Positions 45,701-54,511 of a stretch of 64,000 bases of DNA are shown here, in pieces. The translations under genes were made by a program, and so were the position numbers. The DNA lies in NCBI GenBank assembly GCA_016187565.1, contig JACPJR010000013.1:8391-72390 (forward strand), in the 5' to 3' direction. Position 1 is the first letter of the stretch; the number at the start of each line of letters is the position of its first letter. The stretch is from Candidatus Woesearchaeota archaeon (GTDB lineage: Archaea; Nanobdellota; Nanobdellia; Woesearchaeales; JACPJR01). The notes under the pieces were generated by a model. It ran no database searches and had not been told where the DNA came from. It saw only the letters and a program-made list of their open reading frames with translations.

Positions 45701-47694
45701 TCAAGTAATAAGCTAGGAGAAGCATCTTCAAGATGGGCAATGACCTTATTACCAATTTTTTCGGTATAGGCTCTGTTTGGATCATTCCAATGAACATTAC
45801 CTACCCATGGTTCAGAGGTGATGTAAAAGTCCTCAATACCATAGTAATCATCAAAATAATCACGTGGATCCGTGGTTGTTCGAGGAGCTACAACCGCATC
45901 TGCCATTGATGAGCCTCCCGATACCCTGACATAGCCAGAAAGTTTATTGTTGTGTTCATCGAGCTCATTGATGCTATTCTCTGGATCAATAGTAAATGAA
46001 GGAGTGTACGTCATTGTAGTGGAGGGGGATGAAGTACCGGTGTTATACTGAAAGCTAAGGGTTAATGTTCTTTCCTCTCCTACGGCAAGATTCTCAAGAA
46101 CCCCGTCTTGGTTTCCTCTTGCCCACCCAGCACCAATGCGAGCATTACTACCAATGTCATCAGCAATAGCCTTCCAGGAAACTCGTGCAACAGGCGCATA
46201 GTCATTACGCACGACAACTTTCATGGTAACGTTTTCATTATTCTTTGCTTGGGTTGGACTCAACTCGAGGCTCTTGACAACAAGATCGGGTTTTTTGATA
46301 TCATCATAACCAGTCACATACACCCAATAATCATCCTTGTCAAACCATTGGTAGAGCTCATTTCCTGCTTTATCTCGGACAACTAACCTTCCAAGATGCC
46401 AAGGCCCTATCTCAGAAAACTTAGGAACACTAAACGAGGTCGTATAGGTACTGGTTTGGGAGTCGTACGACCATTGTTGGGAATACTGATACTGCCCTTG
46501 AGCAAAGGACTCAAGCATGGCAAAGAGACTACTCTCATCAATACCTGAAAGATCGTCAGTGAGTTTAACTCGTAATGTTACGGTATTACCATAACGGAGT
46601 TGTTCTGGTGAGAGCTTGATTTCAGAAAAAACTGGCGCTTTCGTGTCATCCTTATTATTATTTGACTTGACATTAAAACCAGCCTCATACTGATTGCCAT
46701 AATACAACACTGCTTTGTTATGAGCATTATCTTCAATTTCAAGTTGGGTTATTTTCCAGTATCCTTGTTCTGCATAATCTTTGATGACAATGGAGGATTG
46801 CCATGTATTTTCGCTAATTAATTGCCACGGGGTAAACAGCTCGTTCTGCTTTCCGGTAGGACTTTTTGCCGTTGCACGTAAGGTCTTGACTCCAGAAAGA
46901 TCATCTCTTGCGACAACGGTCAGCGTAACCGTTTCTCCATAAAAAACTGATTCGGTAACTGCAATGCTCACCAACTCTGGCTCTTGGACATCACTCTGTT
47001 CGCTTACCACACGGAAGGTTTTAGTAAAATCATCAGGATTGTACAGATATTCCTGATTGGCAACAGCATCGATCACCAAAACTTGACTGATCTTCCAAAA
47101 ACCATCTTCTGCGTTTGTTGGCACAGCAACAGGAAAACTATAGGTCGTTTCAGGATTGTGTTGTACGCCACCTCCCGCATAGAGGGTCTGACCACCTGAA
47201 GGGCTCTTTGCATCAATTGCAAGATAACTCACACCAGTAAAATCATCCTCAACAGTTAATATGACCGTAATGGTTTGCCCTGCCTTGACACTGTCTGCAT
47301 CTGTCGTAATTCCCTGAAGAACAGGAGCATGTACGTCTTCAGCTGAGAGGCTCAATTCCACAATATCTGTTGTTCCCTGCTGACTAATTTCAGTAACCAC
47401 CAGTTCGCTACCATCCTTCAGCAGAACATGCTCGCCAAGCGTTGCAGTAATGGTTTCTCCCTCAACCTGGAGCATGGCAGTTTGGGTATCAATCACTTTG
47501 TTGAGTTTCAGTGCATAATTTTTTATGCCTAATTGAACCGTTTTCGACTGCTCTTTTTGAAGGCTCGCATCAACAGAGATCGTTCCGGCATCTACCTCAA
47601 GAGCAACAAGAGGCACTATGCTCATAACCATAAGAAAGGCCATGAATAATGACTGCATTTTTTTTGTTATGGTTCTCAGGGTAGTATTTTCCAT
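42754..47694 (-). CDS. Giant secreted/surface protein (about 1646 aa) with several internally repeated domains
   Basis: ATG 47694 with GGAGG SD (the track start at 47718 is GTG). N-terminal signal/anchor MQSLFMAFLMVMSIVPLVA. It contains 3 Ig-like repeats, a CARDB-like segment and 3 VNGE modules. It also has a Cys-rich knot, Gly-rich linkers, and two GWNL(V/M)(S/P) motifs near the C-terminus. Confidence 0.85.
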   Translation of the reverse strand: MENTTLRTITKKMQSLFMAFLMVMSIVPLVALEVDAGTISVDASLQKEQSKTVQLGIKNYALKLNKVIDTQTAMLQVEGETITATLGEHVLLKDGSELVVTEISQQGTTDIVELSLSAEDVHAPVLQGITTDADSVKAGQTITVILTVEDDFTGVSYLAIDAKSPSGGQTLYAGGGVQHNPETTYSFPVAVPTNAEDGFWKISQVLVIDAVANQEYLYNPDDFTKTFRVVSEQSDVQEPELVSIAVTESVFYGETVTLTVVARDDLSGVKTLRATAKSPTGKQNELFTPWQLISENTWQSSIVIKDYAEQGYWKITQLEIEDNAHNKAVLYYGNQYEAGFNVKSNNNKDDTKAPVFSEIKLSPEQLRYGNTVTLRVKLTDDLSGIDESSLFAMLESFAQGQYQYSQQWSYDSQTSTYTTSFSVPKFSEIGPWHLGRLVVRDKAGNELYQWFDKDDYWVYVTGYDDIKKPDLVVKSLELSPTQAKNNENVTMKVVVRNDYAPVARVSWKAIADDIGSNARIGAGWARGNQDGVLENLAVGEERTLTLSFQYNTGTSSPSTTMTYTPSFTIDPENSINELDEHNNKLSGYVRVSGGSSMADAVVAPRTTTDPRDYFDDYYGIEDFYITSEPWVGNVHWNDPNRAYTEKIGNKVIAHLEDASPSLLLDQEDLRFTAYTSGNKIFVEKWVDQGVKYTDKTHLILAYPTPKKVVLEDTGQTYTGTRIDLVLWNDVHDSDATRTMTIQDTPTETASAVTDSVDSGAGGRSSVATSAEAATAVIIPSSTAMPKTIDVMLGDEFVLSAGQTAHVVDYRDMEITLNSISSMSGEDICFSMMGCPGLLYFFAHMDVTARLADNYFSLPFITLTEGKQRGVFGAQLSVLSLNADKGLFKLTKGNDQTVSWVDVGLEPRSVEVTAGEKAYYEIIVEDDRFFGYYGRMEQNYTLDIVGLPFAKDFPSTITLGPGETKRVPLVVDTSSRLNLQKQIVGGTTASSTTVATDRDTVPKTVSLSLRQGTTRTIEMDGELLQLVLETVSATEASFSVNGESSLQLEQGEVWTFGSGFNLTVDSINYHGNFANSAVVTITSPTGVVFVLKGCTDSNIYNKDYCSGLSEGQEVRCDCNTCSCVMGSDGNLYPGSCTEMACNSYSSSSVKEETSGTTTDHLNDVDEEVVVETGTSSGGSGGAGPMVESRSNGGGSDVGTFTQKEGTSKTVTVNGVEYAITVDAVASGPKAYFTVNGESIGDLEEGETYLLKEGSELGVTNMIYYGYASEIGNQVTYTIQTKKVKLTDSVTSVSSYGSSTAPSGGGGAGGGEVPPKEEKGGVGAAWPYIGESAGGGGGAAGPRISDDSTQAEATVTSVTASVRRVQSSESSVVYETVALPATDVAVSATASSTTATESVALPESVVVRPVSAGTFFSPEQLTDKTVAEGEVYHFTVVVISTDGSENDVASGTLVIGNQSSVEKRHTKQIQLIDGWNLVSIPNRLITFDTSTCSEDKKPLAFVYNDEEQKYLSFRDAQKQLGSAFLKYISERALWMYSYTSCTLDVTLGKETLYSDLSLSEGWNLMPVTYDMIGQRFIDLGSNCQYHKLYRWNSEDQQWLSAEISTLITEADLMRGFLVKTTSYCEWGEYTLLPPPMPVEEERASGIRE

Positions 47695-47721
47695 TGCAGA
47701 CCTCCATATGTCTTTCACAAA

Positions 47722-49344
47722 TCATTCGGAATCTGAGGGCAGATAGGCATAGCCATAATTAACCTCAAGACAGGATCCCGCTCCTTTACCTGACTCACGG
47801 CACACATCATCTTTTGGACAACCACACTGCTGACATTTGGGAATTAATTCTCCATCGTCACAGAAGAGTGGCTTTGTTGCCGAACAGTTACCATACAAGG
47901 TACCGTCACCGCAAACTCTGGCAAGATATCCATAATTAACTGATACACATGTCCCGTTTAAAGGACCACCATACTGGCAACTACCCCCGTCGTTACAACC
48001 ACAAAGATCACAACGGGAAACAATCTCTCCTTCTCCTTCGTCGCAATAGAAGGGTGGATTTGCGGTGCACCGACCAAAGGGAGTACCATCGTCACAGTAG
48101 GGATAGACTGGTGTAGTAAAATTCATCAGTGAACTATTAGAGCATTCTAAAATCGTACAACTTGACACCTTAAAATAATACGTTGTGTCCCCGGTAAGGT
48201 TACGAAGATCTATTTTATGCGACGTAACGTAAAGACTATCACTTACTGACTGATTAAGGTCAGAGGGGTTGGTTGCATAGTAAACCGTTGAGGTAGAATA
48301 GCGATCAGTGTCCCAAACAACTCGCGCTGATATACTGGTTATATAGGTTGCGTTAATTCCAGAAAGATCCGGATAATAATCACTATTACAATCAGGACCA
48401 GAGAACCCATGATACCTGTTTTCTTTCCCATCATAACAATAAATCTTCTCTTCATAACGATCTTCAAACAAGGAATCATACAGATCGTTATCGTAAATAT
48501 AACTCCCAAATCCTATATCACTAACATATTCAAAAAATTGGTTTCCGGTTATATTTTGGAAGTTGCCGGTAAAGGTCATAGGCACAAAAAAATCGTTGTT
48601 AATGATTGCATTGTAGTCTCCTTCTGGTTGAAAGGAATAATAACCAAAAAAAGTATTTTCTTCATAAACATTATACGAAGCATTGTACACATAATAGCCA
48701 AAGTAATCTCCAAAATAATTCTGGTAAAAAAAGTTGCTGTGAGAATTACCCCAAAATCCAACGCTTCGTGATCGTCCACTACTGATACTATTTTGTTCAA
48801 AAGAACTCGCTGACACAGAATAAATATCAATGGCGGTACCACCTATCCATGGGTCAGAACGAAACTGATTATTGACAATACGCAAGTTAGAAGCAGAATT
48901 CAATCGTAAAGGAGAGTAATAATTGTAGAACTCACAGTTTTTGATAGTAACCCCTTCCTGTACGTAAAGAGATATTGCCGTGTAATAATAATCTTGTCCT
49001 TCAAAGAGAGCTCCATTACAGTCAAGTGTTAGATTACTTGCTTCGATCCTAATACCATTGGGCAAGTCAAAAACTCCTGGCTGAAACGTCGTATTTCCGG
49101 TAACAACACAACCATCAGTTGGAAGAGCACCACACTCTCTTCCCATCATAAGAGAAGTAGTCGTTGTCGTTCCTAACAGAACATTATACGCAACTGGTGA
49201 AAAAATATCCTTTGCATCTTTTGCAGGAACACTGCCTACAACAAAAGCAGAAGCATTGTCAACAACAAAAATCATTACCGTCAAGAGTACCACGGTTAGG
49301 ATCGTTAAAATGTATTTCCTATTGTTCACATTATCACCCCTCAT
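47722..49344 (-). CDS. Secreted right-handed beta-helix-like protein with FN3-like domain and duplicated Cys-rich C-terminal module
   Basis: 540 aa with an N-terminal TM/signal and the ECGALPTDGCVVTGNTTFQPGVFDLPNGIRIEASN block. Degenerate N-rich beta-helix repeats follow, then an FN3-like ISARVVWDTD...TTYYFKVSS segment and two CxDGTxxGxC...CxxCGC modules. Confidence 0.85.
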   Translation of the reverse strand: MRGDNVNNRKYILTILTVVLLTVMIFVVDNASAFVVGSVPAKDAKDIFSPVAYNVLLGTTTTTSLMMGRECGALPTDGCVVTGNTTFQPGVFDLPNGIRIEASNLTLDCNGALFEGQDYYYTAISLYVQEGVTIKNCEFYNYYSPLRLNSASNLRIVNNQFRSDPWIGGTAIDIYSVSASSFEQNSISSGRSRSVGFWGNSHSNFFYQNYFGDYFGYYVYNASYNVYEENTFFGYYSFQPEGDYNAIINNDFFVPMTFTGNFQNITGNQFFEYVSDIGFGSYIYDNDLYDSLFEDRYEEKIYCYDGKENRYHGFSGPDCNSDYYPDLSGINATYITSISARVVWDTDRYSTSTVYYATNPSDLNQSVSDSLYVTSHKIDLRNLTGDTTYYFKVSSCTILECSNSSLMNFTTPVYPYCDDGTPFGRCTANPPFYCDEGEGEIVSRCDLCGCNDGGSCQYGGPLNGTCVSVNYGYLARVCGDGTLYGNCSATKPLFCDDGELIPKCQQCGCPKDDVCRESGKGAGSCLEVNYGYAYLPSDSE

Positions 49345-50953
49345 ATCCCATTGACTTTGTTACCGTGCCGTTGAAGATGATTGAAGGAGATTTTCCTTTT
49401 CGATAACCACCAGTTCCTGCAAGAGTCACCATACCTATGCCCTTTGCATAGAATCCATCAACAGTTCCACTCATGGTAACGGTTATATTTTCTCCCTTCA
49501 CAAGGGCAGTACCATCACCAGTGTATTGGTATCCTCCAGGGATAATGGTCATATTCTCAAAGCCATGGATGTCAAGCACCGAGGCATTCCCAAGAACAGT
49601 TAAGGTTCCATTACCATCAACCTCTACTCTTCCATTTGGAACGCCAAAGGTTGTTCCTGCTACGGTAACGTTTCCTACACCCCATGCCTCAATATACCCC
49701 GTACCCTCAAAGGTTTTGTTATCCGGCTCATACGGACTAGCTAAAGTGGTAAAGTTACCTAGCTCACTTTCCGTACAGTTGAGAATCGTACAGCTTCTCG
49801 CTCTATAATAATAGGTGGTACGCTGAGTTAGATTATGAGCGTCCAAATAGTGCGAGGTTACATAGTTATCAGAAAAGGCTTGGGAAGTGAAGTTGTCAGG
49901 GCTTGTTCCATATGATAACCGTGATGTTGCATGGATCTCCGTATCCCAGGTAATTCTTGCTGAGACTGAAGTAATATAGTTAGCTTCCAAAGAACTAATC
50001 TCAGGAGAATAGTCACTCGAACAACCCGGACCCTGAGGACCAAAATACATGTTTTCCCTGTCTTCATAGCAGTAATACACATTTTCATAGACTACATCAA
50101 AGGGGACATAGCCATAGATCAGGTTATCGTAGAAATGGCTCTCTGTTCCACTAACATTAATCTCGCTTGAAAAAGTATTATCTGTTATGCGAGAATCACG
50201 CCCATGAAGGCGAGTTGAAGCTGAAAAATTATTATGTTGGAAAGTATCTGCATAACTATTAATTCCAACAACGCCGTTATAAAGAAAGGTATTCTGTTCA
50301 AAGAGATTTCCCTTACCAGTCCCGTCGTTCACAACAAAGTAACCACGAAAGGTATTATTACTAATAATATTTGAGGAAAAGTTACGAGTAAATTGAGACG
50401 CAAAATCACCAAAATCATTATGATTGAAACTGAATGTTGAGTGTGTAATATTGTTTCCCATTATAAAAGGACCTGGCCAACCATGTTGTACACCGAAAAA
50501 GCTGTTGTTTGAAACAGTAAGACTATAAGCATTCTTTAAATAGATAGGATAGCTATAGCTCGAAAGATTACAATTTTTAATGGCAACATTATGATAACCG
50601 TCAAGTCTAATTCCATAATTGTCTCTACCGTAATATCCTCCGTTGAACCCTTGAAGAAGCGCATTATTACAATCCAAGAAGATGTTATTTGCTTCGATGC
50701 GAATGCCATTGGGCAGATCAAACACTCCAGGTTGAAACGTTGTGTTTTGGGTAACAACGCAACCATCAGTCGGGAGAGCACCACACTCTTGCTCTGTCAT
50801 AAGCCATGGTTTTCCTTGCTCACCAAGAACACGTTGCTTTGAAACTGAAAAAATATCTTTAACATCTTTAACCGAAACAGCAGAGACAGTGCCGATAACA
50901 AGAATAAGTAGAGCTAAACTGACAATAACAAGATTATATTTCATGCCGCCCAT
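49334..50953 (-). CDS. Secreted right-handed beta-helix-like protein with FN3-like domain (tandem paralog)
   Basis: 539 aa with an identical ECGALPTDGCVVT.NTTFQPGVFDLPNGIRIEA.N block and an FN3-like VSARITWDTE...TTYYYRARS segment. The C-terminus differs (Gly/Thr-rich beta repeats). Confidence 0.85.
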   Translation of the reverse strand: MGGMKYNLVIVSLALLILVIGTVSAVSVKDVKDIFSVSKQRVLGEQGKPWLMTEQECGALPTDGCVVTQNTTFQPGVFDLPNGIRIEANNIFLDCNNALLQGFNGGYYGRDNYGIRLDGYHNVAIKNCNLSSYSYPIYLKNAYSLTVSNNSFFGVQHGWPGPFIMGNNITHSTFSFNHNDFGDFASQFTRNFSSNIISNNTFRGYFVVNDGTGKGNLFEQNTFLYNGVVGINSYADTFQHNNFSASTRLHGRDSRITDNTFSSEINVSGTESHFYDNLIYGYVPFDVVYENVYYCYEDRENMYFGPQGPGCSSDYSPEISSLEANYITSVSARITWDTEIHATSRLSYGTSPDNFTSQAFSDNYVTSHYLDAHNLTQRTTYYYRARSCTILNCTESELGNFTTLASPYEPDNKTFEGTGYIEAWGVGNVTVAGTTFGVPNGRVEVDGNGTLTVLGNASVLDIHGFENMTIIPGGYQYTGDGTALVKGENITVTMSGTVDGFYAKGIGMVTLAGTGGYRKGKSPSIIFNGTVTKSMGYEG

Positions 50954-51227
50954 ATTTCCACCTCAAAGCTCTTTTCGAAAACCTTTTTACTGCTTTAAAT
51001 AGTTGTCTATGGCTTTGAACATCTTTGAACTTACCATTTCAACAGAAGAGTGTGAGAGGTACAGATATAAATAACTTGGGCGGTCCAAAAAATAAGGAAA
51101 TGCTAAATTTCGGTCCATTCAACAAAAGAAGGAAAAAAAATAGTCCGTTTGTCAAAAAAAGGCTTTTTGTAAAACAGAAAGAAAAAAGAGATTTAAAAAA
51201 AGAAAATAGTAGTTGTGCTTTCACGGC

Positions 51228-51959
51228 TTACGCTTTTATTTTCAGCAAGTGCCAAAGAACATATTCCTGGTTAACATGGACAATGTGACCAAGATCCCAT
51301 TTAAATTTCGTTACTGCAAGATCTAAGGCAGTGTTCACGAGGATATAGGAACCTGCAATCCCTAAGGCAAAGAGTAAGCGTTCATAGGCAACAACCGGAA
51401 TCAAGCCGATCCATTGCTCTGCAGTCATGGGTACGCTCCAAATCCAAACAGCTCCACCTACTGCATGTGCAGTAAATGTGGCACCTAAACTCTTGAGTCC
51501 TAAGTTTTGAGCATACTTCTGGGGAAGCAAACGGATGATCAGTGGTATGGTCCAGTACAAAGAGAAATACCACACTTGTCTTCCCATGGGATGGAGCATC
51601 CAAACAGCAATGGCCATAATTGGGATAAACGTTGCAAATTTCTTGCTCTTACTCCCAAAGTAATATGCAGCAAAGAGCATTGGCGTTAATCGAATAAGAT
51701 TAATGAACGTTGCTTCTTTACCAACAATAAAAAAATCAACCACCTCTGCACCCAAGACGGTGAGAATACCAACAAACGGTCCTAAGATAGATCCTGCTAT
51801 CGGTCCAAAAAATTGAAAGAGAGTAAAAAACTGGTTTTTAGCTCCAACAAGCGAAGAAAAGTTAATCCGCATGGCCACGAGAGCCATAATTAAAAACAAA
51901 AATATAAACGCGATTTTCTTGGCATGAAAAGAACCATTGTTTTTTTTTGTGCTGTTCAT
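51228..51959 (-). CDS. Polytopic membrane protein, possibly an ECF-type S-component-like transporter subunit
   Basis: ATG 51959 (MNSTKKNNG...). About 6 TM helices. The FFGPIAGSILGPFVG motif is reminiscent of vitamin-capture S components. The functional call is weak. Confidence 0.6.
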   Translation of the reverse strand: MNSTKKNNGSFHAKKIAFIFLFLIMALVAMRINFSSLVGAKNQFFTLFQFFGPIAGSILGPFVGILTVLGAEVVDFFIVGKEATFINLIRLTPMLFAAYYFGSKSKKFATFIPIMAIAVWMLHPMGRQVWYFSLYWTIPLIIRLLPQKYAQNLGLKSLGATFTAHAVGGAVWIWSVPMTAEQWIGLIPVVAYERLLFALGIAGSYILVNTALDLAVTKFKWDLGHIVHVNQEYVLWHLLKIKA

Positions 51960-52127
51960 AAGATCCCACCCCTTCTCCTCAGGACTACGTATGCAATGCG
52001 AGTTAGTCCACATTTAATCACTCATTAAAGTATCAACAAAGTAGAGTAACCTGTGTATTAACCATCGGCCTGAGAAGACCAAGTTCTGGATTCCTTTGTT
52101 CTTTATATTATTTTTGTTTTTCAGCGT

Positions 52128-53360
52128 TTATTTAGATGATTTTCCTAGGAACCATTGAGTTAAGGCAATATTCTTCATCTTACCTAAAGCTTCAACCGTA
52201 ATAATGTTTTTTGCTTCCAAGGAAAGAAAAACTCTTGCCAAGGTTGTTTTTGGAATCCGTATTGCATAACGTATCCGTGCTTGAGTTGAGGGATTCTGAT
52301 TAAGGAGATATGAAACAACTTCTTTCTCTTTAGGATTCAAGGTTGCAAGGATATCATTGATCCGATCATTATGCTGAGAGGTAGATTGCTTTATTTCTTG
52401 GGATGCTCCGGTAGTTTGAGGCACGCTACTCCTATCTCCACCCTGTTCTTGTTCAGTTTCATTGGTCGTAGACACTTTATTTGTTTTCTTTTTTCGCATG
52501 ACCACTAGAAGAATAAAGAGTAGAAAAAAGAGAAGGGGGCCAGCCAAAAGGAAAACAACCGATGAACGTAACTTTCCTTGAACTTCCTTATTCAAAATGA
52601 TTTCAACATCATTCATCTGGCCTTGGGTAACGATACTTGTCGTATATCCAACAGCCTCTCTGTCAGTCGCAGCAATTTTACAAGAGCCTTCAGGAAGCCA
52701 GAGTGCAGAAAATGACCCATACTCATCAGAGATTTGCTCGCTTATGTCTCCAAGAGAAGAGCTACAGAAGAACTGGATAATAGCGCCAACAACGATATTC
52801 CCTTGATTATCAACAACTATGCCACGGATGCTTCCTACCGGATTAAGATAAACCGTTTCATTCAGTTCCTTACGGGTAGTATTGAGAAGAAGAGTGAAAT
52901 TACGGTAATAATCATTGCCTGTACTTTCCGGAGTATTAATTTTTACCATAATCTGCCAGTTTCCTTCTGCCAATGAAAGTAATAATGGCTCATGATTGCG
53001 CACATACTTGAGTGTTTTTACTGTTTCTCCAGTCTGGAGATGGACAAGCTCAAGGTAAACGTGTGCTTTTTCAAGAGGTTGTTCAGTTTCAGGATCTAGG
53101 AGGACAAGACGGAGAGAATAGAATAGCTGCCCAGAACCAGACGATGGAAATTTCTGTTGATCAAATCGACTATTTTCTGGGTTTGCCGGAGGTGAAATAT
53201 CCTCGAGATCAGGCAACGAAAAAATAAACGTGAGATTCTGATCCTGTTGTGCATAACTCGAACTTGTCAGAAAGAAGAAAAAAAGAGCAACACCTGAGGC
53301 CAATAGAAAAGTAGGTAAAAAATGTCTCTTTGCCCTTTTTTGATAGCCCCACCAACCCAT
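52128..53360 (-). CDS. Membrane-anchored winged-helix regulator with extracytoplasmic carboxypeptidase-regulatory-like domain
   Basis: 410 aa with an N-terminal TM and a beta-sandwich-like GSIRGIVVDNQGNIVVGAII...GSFSALWLPEGSCKI segment. A second TM (VVFLLAGPLLFFLLFILLVV) follows, then a cytoplasmic wHTH (LNPKEKEVVSYLL...IPKTTLARVFLSLEAKNII). Confidence 0.75.
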   Translation of the reverse strand: MGWWGYQKRAKRHFLPTFLLASGVALFFFFLTSSSYAQQDQNLTFIFSLPDLEDISPPANPENSRFDQQKFPSSGSGQLFYSLRLVLLDPETEQPLEKAHVYLELVHLQTGETVKTLKYVRNHEPLLLSLAEGNWQIMVKINTPESTGNDYYRNFTLLLNTTRKELNETVYLNPVGSIRGIVVDNQGNIVVGAIIQFFCSSSLGDISEQISDEYGSFSALWLPEGSCKIAATDREAVGYTTSIVTQGQMNDVEIILNKEVQGKLRSSVVFLLAGPLLFFLLFILLVVMRKKKTNKVSTTNETEQEQGGDRSSVPQTTGASQEIKQSTSQHNDRINDILATLNPKEKEVVSYLLNQNPSTQARIRYAIRIPKTTLARVFLSLEAKNIITVEALGKMKNIALTQWFLGKSSK

Positions 53361-53420
53361 GAACCAGTCAGAATAAACAACCTATATAAAGTTTTTTGCT
53401 GTCAGACCTTTATTCGCAGC

Positions 53421-54023
53421 TTATTCCTCAGTAAAGTCTTCTACTGTAGAAGTAAACTCTTCAGGTTTTTTTATCATACCACGATAAGTAAGATACTCTC
53501 GGGCAAGAATATAAAATAAAAGGCCTAAGCTCTTTTTTCCTTTATTATTACAGGGAACAACTAAATCGAGATTGTTAGACTGATTATTGGTATCGCATAA
53601 TGCAATGACTGGGATTCCCATACGAATCGCATCCTGAACAGCATTTCGATCAGGCCATGCATCGGTGACAACAATTAGCCTTACTTCAGTGTAGTTCTTA
53701 AGATTAGAGTTCGTCAAAATCCCCGGAGGATAACGTCCTGCAAAGACCCGTACTCCAGTTACTTTACCAAACGCACTTACTGCTTTCCAGCCATTTTCAC
53801 GACGACTAACAATGATGATTTCTTCGGGAGCGTACTGGGCCATGAAGTGAGCCATAATCCTAATGCGTTCATCAATTTTTGCCAGATTAAGAACAGAAAG
53901 CCCATCTGGTCTGGTCTTATAAATAAATTGATCCATATACTTTGTTTTAAACTTTGTTCCGATATGGATCCCTGTTTTCAGGTACTGTTTGGTAGGAACC
54001 AAAAATTGTTCTTCGGTTGTCAT
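53421..54023 (-). CDS. rps2: 30S ribosomal protein S2 (uS2)
   Basis: 200 aa with YLKTGIHIGT and IVVTDAWPDRNAVQDAIRMGIPVIALCDTNN. Confidence 0.95.
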   Translation of the reverse strand: MTTEEQFLVPTKQYLKTGIHIGTKFKTKYMDQFIYKTRPDGLSVLNLAKIDERIRIMAHFMAQYAPEEIIIVSRRENGWKAVSAFGKVTGVRVFAGRYPPGILTNSNLKNYTEVRLIVVTDAWPDRNAVQDAIRMGIPVIALCDTNNQSNNLDLVVPCNNKGKKSLGLLFYILAREYLTYRGMIKKPEEFTSTVEDFTEE

Positions 54024-54068
54024 TTTGTTGTTGAGGCTTTCTTTTCTACCCAGTTATTTTTGTCTCGT

Positions 54069-54479
54069 TTATCGATAGGACTTCTGTACCTTAGCACGTG
54101 GCTTTGAATGTCTGTTTGGCTTACAGGGCTCATTCATACGAACATCAGCGACTAAGAGGTGACGATCATACTCTAAAAATTTATTCTTGAGCTCCTCATC
54201 TTTCGTATAGGCAACAAGACATTTAGCAATGACAAGCCGGCATGCTTCAGCTTGAGATGCCCATCCTCCTCCACGTACCGTAATCATAACATCAACATTA
54301 TGAGCAAGGTCTCCAGCAAGGAGTAATGGTTCAGTAATACGCAATCTTCCGAGCTGTGGCTCATAATACGCAAGAGCATGATGATTAATAGTTACTCTTC
54401 CCTTTCCTTCACGGAGTGTTGCTCGTGCAAGAGCTTTTTTCCGTTTTCCTGAACAGGTAATCATTCTTTTTGTTACCAT
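54069..54479 (-). CDS. rps9: 30S ribosomal protein S9 (uS9)
   Basis: ATG 54479 (MVTKRMITCSGKRKKALARA...). C-terminal KPNRHSKPRAKVQKSYR. The track ORF N-terminal extension overlaps L13. Confidence 0.93.
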   Translation of the reverse strand: MVTKRMITCSGKRKKALARATLREGKGRVTINHHALAYYEPQLGRLRITEPLLLAGDLAHNVDVMITVRGGGWASQAEACRLVIAKCLVAYTKDEELKNKFLEYDRHLLVADVRMNEPCKPNRHSKPRAKVQKSYR

Positions 54480-54511
54480 GATTATGTCTCCATGCGCAAT
54501 ATTATCGTGTT

